From an uncultured Azospirillum sp. (GTDB lineage: Bacteria; Pseudomonadota; Alphaproteobacteria; RF32; CAG-239), in contig CAMHFM010000001.1 in assembly GCA_946184595.1 (NCBI GenBank), positions 1-24,474 of the forward strand: a stretch of 24,474 bases of DNA, given 5' to 3'. Of the stretch, positions 1 through 7,900 are shown in pieces. Below the pieces are notes generated by a model. That model saw only the letters and a program-made list of their open reading frames with translations, was not told the DNA's origin and ran no database searches. How positions within the stretch are numbered: position 1 is the stretch's first letter; the number at the start of each line of letters is the position of its first letter. The translations under genes were made by a program, and so were the position numbers.

Positions 1-374
1 TTAATTTTCAGCATTTTTTGCTGCCAAGGAGTTTTAAGTTCAATATCTTCTAACTTTGCATCGGAAGGATTAAGCCCTTGTTTTTCGTAGATATGGAGAT
101 AAGCTTGGTGTGCTTGTTCGGAGTAGTGTCCTTGTGCATCATATCCAGCTGCTTCAATGAGCTCTTTTAATGCATCAAAGGCATCGGTTGTCGAATTATC
201 AAAATCCACGTCATTATCAGCAATAGAAAATATTAAAGATTCTACAACGCCTTCAGCATGCTCATTTTGCATCTCAGGCTTGTTAATATATTTTCTGTTG
301 TAGCGAATAGCTCTGATGTAATCGTAAAGTATTGTACTATCAATATCAAATGGGCCGTATTTTATTTTTGTCAT
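1..374 (-). CDS. Hypothetical protein, partial (124 codons visible, runs off the left edge; not in the ORF track)
   Basis: Manual translation from ATG at 374 gives MTKIKYGPFDIDSTILYDYIRAIRYNRKYINKPEMQNEHAEGVVESLIFSIADNDVDFD...KTPWQQKMLKI with no stop. AAGGA RBS lies just upstream on the minus strand, and a candidate promoter is present. No family recognised. Confidence 0.8.
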   Translation of the reverse strand, partial: MTKIKYGPFDIDSTILYDYIRAIRYNRKYINKPEMQNEHAEGVVESLIFSIADNDVDFDNSTTDAFDALKELIEAAGYDAQGHYSEQAHQAYLHIYEKQGLNPSDAKLEDIELKTPWQQKMLKI

Positions 375-400
375 GTTTTTGTCCTTAAAAATTTTGTAAG

Positions 401-429
401 AATATGTCACACAGGAAATAAAGAGTCAA
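401..429 (-). promoter_or_regulatory. Candidate sigma70 promoter for the hypothetical gene
   Basis: Minus strand TTGACT-N17-CATATT with a TGn extended -10. The -35 overlaps a GANTC site (423-427). Confidence 0.5.
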
Positions 430-459
430 TAAAAAAGTAATGTTTTGTCTATTATATTG

Positions 460-480
460 ATATAGTCTCTGTGACTATAT
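460..480. promoter_or_regulatory. Perfect 8-bp inverted repeat, candidate transcription-factor site
   Basis: ATATAGTC-tctgt-GACTATAT between the divergent promoters. Confidence 0.45.
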
Positions 481-497
481 TTATATTTAAAAATATA

Positions 498-528
498 TTG
501 CAATTTATATTAGAGTATTCTAATATAA
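498..528 (+). promoter_or_regulatory. Candidate sigma70 promoter overlapped by a 10-bp palindromic operator
   Basis: TTGCAA (498-503)-N17-TAATAT (521-526). The inverted repeat TTATATTAGA-gtat-TCTAATATAA (505-528) covers the spacer and -10. Confidence 0.6.
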
Positions 529-531
529 TTC

Positions 532-617
532 TAATAAAAGTTGAGTAAAGGAAATAATTCAGCTTTTATTATTCAGCAGTCGGGGAGTCTGGGTAGCAAT
601 ATCCAGACTCTTTTATT
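532..617 (+). ncRNA. Candidate ~85-nt two-hairpin small RNA or attenuator, family unknown
   Basis: Starts where the 498-526 promoter would initiate. Hairpin 532-571 has a 15-bp stem including G-U pairs. Hairpin 582-613 has a GCAA tetraloop and a U-rich tail. No ORF inside. htpX has its own promoter downstream. Confidence 0.4.
582..617 (+). terminator. Intrinsic terminator-like hairpin upstream of htpX
   Basis: GAGTCTGG-GTA-GCAA-TAT-CCAGACTC followed by TTTTATT. Confidence 0.7.
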
Positions 618-644
618 GACCTTAGTTTCAAATCATCATAAAAT
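616..644 (+). promoter_or_regulatory. Candidate htpX sigma70 promoter
   Basis: TTGACC (616-621)-N17-TAAAAT (639-644); AAGGAAG RBS before the ATG at 678. Confidence 0.65.
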
Positions 645-677
645 AGCGCCACAATAGCAAACCTAAGGAAGACTGAA

Positions 678-1520
678 ATGGGAAAGACTTTTATATTAAT
701 GTTCGGACTGATTGCAATTTTTATGTGGCTCGGAGATATGCTTGCCGGTTACGAGGGAATGAAAGTTGCATTTTTAGCGGCATTAGGTATCAATTTTATC
801 GGATATTTTTTCAGCGATACATTAGTTCTCAAACAGTATCGCGCAACAGAGGTTAATGAAAGTCAGTCCCCTGAACTTTATGGAATAGTCCAACGTCTGT
901 CACAAAAAGCTGGGCTGCCGATGCCGAAAGTTTATATTATTCCGGAGCAAAGTCCGAATGCTTTTGCTACGGGGAGAAATCCAAAACACGCAGCAGTTGC
1001 GGCAACGCAAGGCTTGTTGGAACTGATGACACCGGAAGAGGTTGAAGGTGTTCTCGCTCACGAGATGAGTCACGTTAAACACTATGATATTTTAATCGGA
1101 TCGATAGCGGCCACATGGGCGGGCGCGATTTCGTTTTTAGCCAATACGGCAAGACGCGGAACGGTAAATAATCGCTCTCAAAATCAAAAGAACGGCTTAG
1201 CATTATTAATAGGCGTTGTATTGATGCCGTTAGCAGCCACGGTTATTCAAATGGCGATTTCGCGTACGCGAGAATATAAAGCGGACGAGGGTGCAGCATA
1301 TTTAACCAACCATCCTGAATGGCTAATGTCGGCGCTTTCTAAATTAGAAAATTATGCCGGACACCTTCCTCTCCGAAAAGCAAGTTCGCAAACGGCGCAT
1401 TTGTTTATTGTCAATCCGTTTGGCGGGATGAAAAGTAATTTTTCAAGTTTATTCAGTACGCATCCGAGCACAGCGGATCGAATTGCTCAGTTAGAAAAGA
1501 TTAGAACGAAATTACAATAA
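678..1520 (+). CDS. htpX: Membrane zinc metalloprotease HtpX (peptidase M48)
   Basis: HEMSH (HExxH), PNAFATGRNP, SRTREYKADEGA and FSTHP motifs, plus N-terminal and internal hydrophobic helices; 280 aa. Confidence 0.95.
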   Translation: MGKTFILMFGLIAIFMWLGDMLAGYEGMKVAFLAALGINFIGYFFSDTLVLKQYRATEVNESQSPELYGIVQRLSQKAGLPMPKVYIIPEQSPNAFATGRNPKHAAVAATQGLLELMTPEEVEGVLAHEMSHVKHYDILIGSIAATWAGAISFLANTARRGTVNNRSQNQKNGLALLIGVVLMPLAATVIQMAISRTREYKADEGAAYLTNHPEWLMSALSKLENYAGHLPLRKASSQTAHLFIVNPFGGMKSNFSSLFSTHPSTADRIAQLEKIRTKLQ

Positions 1521-1540
1521 TATATATAAACATCTAATAC

Positions 1541-1600
1541 AGTCACCCCTCCAAACCGTCAGGTTTGGTCAAGGGGGCTTCGGCTTTTAATTCTCTTTTT
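1541..1600 (+). terminator. GC-rich structured element after htpX, probable terminator
   Basis: CCCCT-CCAAACC-GTCA-GGTTTGG-TCA-AGGGG hairpin, an overlapping C(UUCG)G mini-hairpin, then T-rich tracts. Confidence 0.5.
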
Positions 1601-1901
1601 CGATTCCCAAAAAACACAATATCGATTCTTGCTTATATTCACGATTCTTTATTAAGAAAAAAAATTTATAAGCGCCTTCTAAAAAAACATCTGTGAATAA
1701 CTATATTAGAAAAACAAAGAGTAATCGGACTCGAAAAAAAGATGCTTTAAAAACATCGCAAAATAAGAAAGTGAGAAAAGATGACGATTCTCTGACTCGC
1801 AAAAAAATAAAAGAAAAATCGCAATCGCAAATAAAAGTAGCGATTCCCTCAAAATAAAAATTTTTTTGCGCGAAAAGCGAGAGTCAATAAGCCTTGACTC
1901 G
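1601..1901. promoter_or_regulatory. Cluster of nine GANTC sites with A-tracts upstream of the autotransporter
   Basis: GANTC at 1602, 1624, 1643, 1728, 1786, 1794, 1842, 1881 and 1896. Eight of nine read CGA(T/G)TC on one strand. The motif count is direct; its regulatory role is inferred. Confidence 0.7.
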
Positions 1902-1922
1902 CTGAAAAAAAGTGATTAAAAC
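1881..1922 (+). promoter_or_regulatory. Candidate autotransporter promoter with an inverted repeat over the -35
   Basis: GAGTCAA-N6-TTGACTC (1881-1900). TTGACT (1894-1899)-N17-TAAAAC (1917-1922; weak, lacks the last T). GGAGG RBS at 1956-1960. Confidence 0.5.
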
Positions 1923-1970
1923 TTTAGGCATCTATAATTTTTTAACCTATAAAATGGAGGATTTTCTGAT

Positions 1971-4900
1971 ATGCGTTATACAAGAACTGCTATCACTCAA
2001 TTAACCAAGATGTATAGAAGCGTACTGAAGAAGTGCGCTTTTTTAAATGCCTTAATTTTGACAGGTGTTGTCGCTGCATCACCGTCTTGGGCTGATTATA
2101 TCGATTATATCAATACTGAAACAACAGCGTTTCAGTTTGGTGACGTTTCAATCGCAGGCCAAGAATATATGGATAATACGGCATTCGGTGGTCGCCGTGG
2201 AGCATGGACAGATGGCAAATATCTGAACACCTTCCCGCAATATCAGCTGGAAGGTCGCTCTTTTGGATTAAGCGGTAGTAAAGCGTATGTCGGACCTGTT
2301 GAGTTGACTTTGCGTGAATTAACAGATGCCGATCATTTGATCTATAATTATCAATTGAATGGTGATGATGTCGACTTGGCAAATTTAGCACATGTTGATT
2401 TCGGTAATACTCAGAGTGAAATCGTTGCCGGTGTTGCCGGTGTTATTGGTGCAGACAATGCGCAATATACAGCTCCGGGTGTTGTTGCTTTCGCCAATCG
2501 CGATGATAGTAAAGCTGCAGGTTCAATGACCATTACTAATTCAAATATGGTTATTGATGGTGCAACCGTTAATGCAAATACAATTAACGTCAGCAGTTCA
2601 AATTTAACATTTGCCAAAAAAGGCGCTGATTTATTAACAGCAGGGTTATCTCCTGAAGTACGTTTTTATACGAATGCTGCAAGCATTGATTCAGATGGTA
2701 AGTCAGCCTTAAATGCTGATACAATGACATTTGATGGTTCTCGTGTCGTTGTTAATGCCGGTGCTGAATTGACAATCAACCCGACAACCAGTGCGACAAT
2801 TTCAAATGCAACAACAGAAGGAAATGGTGGTGCTGTTTATAACCAAGGTACAATGAATATTGGTTCTTCAACATTTGATGGTAACACCACGGCTTCAAGA
2901 GGTGGTGCTATATTCAACTATGGTACAACGTCAATCGATGGGGCTACATTTACAGGAAATAGGACAACAAGCACATCCTATCCTTCACAAGGTGGTGCGA
3001 TTTATAACGCAGGTGATGTAGAATATTTAGATAAATATGGTATATTGACTATTTCTAATTCTACTTTTGGTGATGCAAACGATAACACTAAAGGTAATAT
3101 TGCTATGCAGGGTGGTGCAATATCAAATGATAGTGGCAATGGATATAACGCAGAACTAACATTAAACAATACGAACTTCTATTATAACAAAGCACAAAGT
3201 TCAGCTGACGGAGGTTATAGTGCACTTGGTGGTGCTATTCATAGTACATTGAACGATGCTGATGTTATAGTAAATGGAGATACCACATTTAAAGGTAATT
3301 CGGCAATAGGTTATTCGGCAGAAGGTGGTGCAATCTATAATTCTTCTTGGGGTAAATTTACATTTAATGACACTGTAACTTTTGATTCAAACATAGCAGA
3401 AGATACAAACGGCGCTAATGGTGGCCAAGGTGGTGCTATATCAAATGCAGACGGCACTATGGTATTTAAGGATTTAGCAACATTTACGAATAACAAAGCT
3501 ATTGGTGATGGTCAAACATCAGGTGGTGCGCTTTATAATGCAAACGAAACAACATTTGAAAATGGTGCAACATTTACTGGTAACGAAGCTATGTATGGTG
3601 GCGCTATCTTTAACGGCGGTACTGTTAATTTAACAGATGCATCATTTACAGATAACACAGCAGGTGATGAAGGTGGCGCTATCTTTACTTATGGCGGTAC
3701 AGTAAATATTAATGCTGTAAACAGTGATGTAGCTTTCAGTAGCAACACTGCAAATGGTAATGCCAACGATATTACGAACTACAAGAGTACAATCAATCTA
3801 AATGCTGCATCGGGTAAAACAATTGCTCTTGAAGGTGGTATCGATGGTCTTGCTAGTATGGTAGCACAAAATAAAGTTAACATCACAGGTGCTGGTACGG
3901 TTGAAGCTTCTACAATCAAGAATCAAACTGTGGCTGTTAAAGGCGGTGAATTGCACTTGTCCAATGGTGAAGCCGACGGTTCTAACCTCGCCGGTTCAAC
4001 GGTTACTGTTGCTAGTGGCGCAATTGCTAATACAATTGATAAAACCATCAATAACTACTCAGACAAAATCACTCTTGCCGATGGTGCAAAAGTTAAACTC
4101 GATGCTGACTTAACTGGTACAGGAACAATTGATACTTTTGCCGGTAGTGGTAGTATAAATATTGATGGTGTTAACATCACCAGCGATGGCGCCGGTGGAT
4201 CATTGACAGTTGCCGCAGGTGCAACGATTGTTGTTGCAGAAAATACTACCGCTTATACAACAGATAAAAAATATAAAGTTACAGGTTCTGCAAGTGCAGG
4301 TGATGGTAATATTACAATTACACAACAAACCGGAGCAGGCGGTTTGGAACAGGCTGTTGATGACACAGTTCCAGGAACAACTCAAACAGTCACTTATAAT
4401 TTGACGAATAATGATACGGTTGATAGTGATGTAAAAGTAGAAAAAGCAAACTTTACAATCAATGGTGATGGTACAGGAGCATTAGACAAAGGCGTTACCC
4501 TTACCGCAGAATTAGGTGTAGATGGTAATTCTACCTTAACAATTGATAATACAAAAATTGCGGGTGATGGCGGCTCTTTGAGTAATGATGCCGGTGGTAC
4601 GGTCAATATCAATGAATCAAATATCGGTGTCAATATGAATATCAACGGTACGACAACTGTTAAGGACACAACTTTTGATCATAGTGTTATTCACGTTGGA
4701 GCAAATGGTAAATTAATCTCAGACCCGACGGTTTATAATGGTGGCGTAATTGTTCTTGATGATCCTACTGCTGTTGTTACAACGGATGGCGATACCTTCC
4801 AAAATACAGATAGAACAGGTTATAATGGTGGTGCTATTGATGCATCAGCCGGCGGAAGCGTAACACTAACAAATAACACAGTTACTAACAACAAGGCTGA

Positions 4901-7900
4901 TGCTGGTGCCGGTATCTATGCAGGTGCAAATGCAAATACGTCAATTACCGGTGGTGCATTTACATCTAACTCAGCAGTAGCTGGTAACGGTGGTGCAATC
5001 TACAACGCAGGTGCATTAACTGTTACTGATGCAAACTTTGATACAAATACGGCAACAGGCTTAGGTGGTGCTATCTACTCAACAGCCGCTGCAACAATCA
5101 ATGCAACTGGTGCTAATGTTTCATTCACAGGAAACACTGCAGGTGGTAATGCTAACGATATCTACATGCAAGGTGCTGACGGTGCTGATGTAACTTTAGC
5201 TCTTAATGCCGCAGACGGAAAATCAATCACTTTAGGTTCTGGTATTGGCGGTCAATACTATGATATCAATGTTAACGCAACAACAACCGGAAATGTTGCT
5301 CTCGGTGATGTTGCCGGTGTTGATGCAATCACGGTTGGCGGTGGTGCTGTTTCCGCAACCACAGTTGATGCAAATGCCTTAACCTTAAATGATGGTACTT
5401 TCACAACAACCGGTGTTTCAACAATCGATACGTTGAATACAGCGGCAGGTAAAACATTTACAGCTAATGCTGATCTGACTGTTCAAGGTGGTACCAACGC
5501 TGGTACAATCAATGGTACAGGTAATGTAACTCTCCTCGGTGCAGATATGACAAACGCCGGAACAATCAGTGGTACAGGTACAACTACTATCGGTAACGGT
5601 GTTGATGCTGCTAAATTAACCAACAGCGGAACAATTACAGGCAGTGATATCGTTATTTCGGCTAATGCTACATTAAATACTGCTGCTGATACAGTTACAG
5701 ATGCTGATGGTATCGCTAACGCCGGTACATTGAATCTTGCCGGTGGAGCTGGTGCAGGTACAGCTAAAGCTCTCACAAGTGCTATGACAGGTACAGGTAC
5801 TACAAATATCACAGGCTTTGTAACCAATGATAAGAGTATTGCACAAGGTACCGTTAATGTTGGAACAGATGATGGTCTTACTGTCGTTGCTGGTAATTTA
5901 GCCAACAGTGCGGCTATTGCTGCCGATGTTGTTGTTAATAACCAATCCACATTAACAAACAATGCAACAGGCGTTATCGGTTCAGCTGATCCTGCTGATA
6001 TTGCAACAGACGATTACTCATTAACAGTCGGTACACACGCAACTGCAACAAACTCTGGTACCATCAATGTTGCCGAACTCGGTACTTGGGGCAACTTCAC
6101 CAATGCTGCAGGTGCAACAATCAATGCTACGGGTATTGAAAATACATTTGACGGTACTGCTAATACAGGCGTCTTTACAAACGCAGGTACAATTAATGGT
6201 AATATTACAAACAAAGCAGGTGCTACAGGCGTTGCAGGTACTTTCACAAACGCCGCTACTGGTACTATCAATGGTCAATTTATTAACCAAACAGGTGGTA
6301 CATATACAAACAATAATAAATCATTAGGTGCAGTAGGCAACTTTGGTACTTTTAATAACGCAGGTCAACAGGGTACAAGATTAGGAACGGTAGCTGATTA
6401 TGCCGCAGGTGTTACCAACAATGCAAATGCGACATTAAATAACAATGCCAACGGTGACATCTTCTATGTTGTAAATAATGCAAACGGTACTGTTAACAAT
6501 GCAGAAGGTGCAACTATTAAGCATATAGATAACGGCGGTGCTGTTGTAAATAATGGTACTATCACAGGTGGTATTGAAAACTACGCAGGTGCTACTTTAA
6601 CATCAAATGCAAGCAATATTACTTCTGCAAGCAATTACTTCAAGAATGACGGTACTGTAACATTTACAGGTGGTACAATTCAGAGAGATATTGCTAAAGT
6701 AACAGCCGGCGGTGGTATTGTTGAAATTGCAGGCGATGTTGCTGTCTCTGCAAATAAGACAATTACAGATAACTCTGTTAAATTAACCAGTGGTAAATTT
6801 GATGTTACGGCTTTGGCTGATAGCGGTGCTATCGATCTTTCTACACTTGGTACAGGTCTTGTTGCTAACGGCGGTACATTAAGCGTTGTAGATAATGCTT
6901 ATGAAACAGTTACTTTGGGTGATGTTAATACAACAGCCGGTAATTTGAATGTTGCTATTGATGCTGCTTTAACAAGTACAGGTGATCCTGCTGTTGGTCA
7001 AGCCGATGTCATCAGTATTGCAGCTGGTAAAGCAGTAACAGGCACAAATACAATTGATATTAGCAATATTCATATCACAACCGAACCTGTAAAAACAGAG
7101 TTTACATTCCAAGTTGCTGACGATTCAGCTAAAGCAAATGTTTCTCTGTCAAAAACAACGATTACAGCCGGTACAGATATTCCAACGGCAAGTATTGGAA
7201 ACTTGTTGTTATCTTATGATAATACGACAGGTATTATTACCGGTGGTCACTCAGATTTAGCAAACGCAATAAATTCAACATTAGCAACCAAAGCATACAC
7301 AATGGGTGCTGATGAAGTTGTCGCTGCTAATAGTGTATTAGCCGGAACATCATTGTCTATCACAGGTGGCAATACAACAGCTGCTGGTGACTTGACAGTT
7401 GGTGATGGTAAAACATTAACACTCAACAACACAACATTTGCTGCTGATCTTGCTAATGCTGGCAATTTGAATCTTGGTGGTACAACCACAATCAACGGCA
7501 AAGTTTCCGGTGTTGGTGGTGCTACCGTTCTTGCAGACAGCACAGTTGCAATCAATGATACTTTCACTCAAAACAGCTTAACAATTGCTGCTCCGAGTGA
7601 TGGCGAACATGCAACGACTGTTACAGCTAATGCTTCTAATTTAATCATTGCAACTGGTATCGATAACGACGGTACTTTAAGCCTGACAGGTGGAACACTT
7701 GCTTCAGCTGTAAGTGGTGATGGTTCAACAGTTATTGATGGTACAGTCTCTTCAACTGCTGCAATCTCAAATACTGCAGGTATTACAGTAAAAGCAGCAA
7801 CCACAGCTGATCCTTCAGTAGCATCTCAATTAACAATTGGAGCATCAAATGTAGGAGCTGCAGTAGACAATGACGGTAAGTTAATCTTACAAGCAGGTGA

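Noticed and set aside
258-440. 60-aa plus-strand ORF in the track
   Set aside because: Lies antisense to the better supported 1-374 gene and its promoter; no RBS.
505-528. Similarity of the palindrome to the Irr ICE box (TTTAGAA-N3-TTCTAAA) or to CIRCE
   Set aside because: The spacer is one base short for ICE and there is no CIRCE match, so the regulator is left unassigned.
578-625. GGGGAG...GACCTT resemblance to the yybP-ykoY manganese riboswitch before htpX
   Set aside because: GGGGAG is not followed by UAGC, the internal conserved segments are missing, and the region folds as a simple terminator.
1541-1590. Possible c-di-GMP-I riboswitch upstream of the adhesin
   Set aside because: The GGCAAAC...GACGCAAAGC core is absent on both strands.
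1859-1887. Divergent antisense promoter from the minus-strand TTGACT at 1882-1887
   Set aside because: No plausible -10 at 16-18 bp spacing (AAAATT/AAAAAT).
1905-1911. A7 run in the autotransporter promoter spacer as a slippage switch
   Set aside because: Short, and equal or longer A runs are frequent in this same intergenic region.
2424-2444. 9-bp tandem repeat GTTGCCGGT x2 (VAGVAGV)
   Set aside because: Too short to distinguish from chance in a low-complexity protein.
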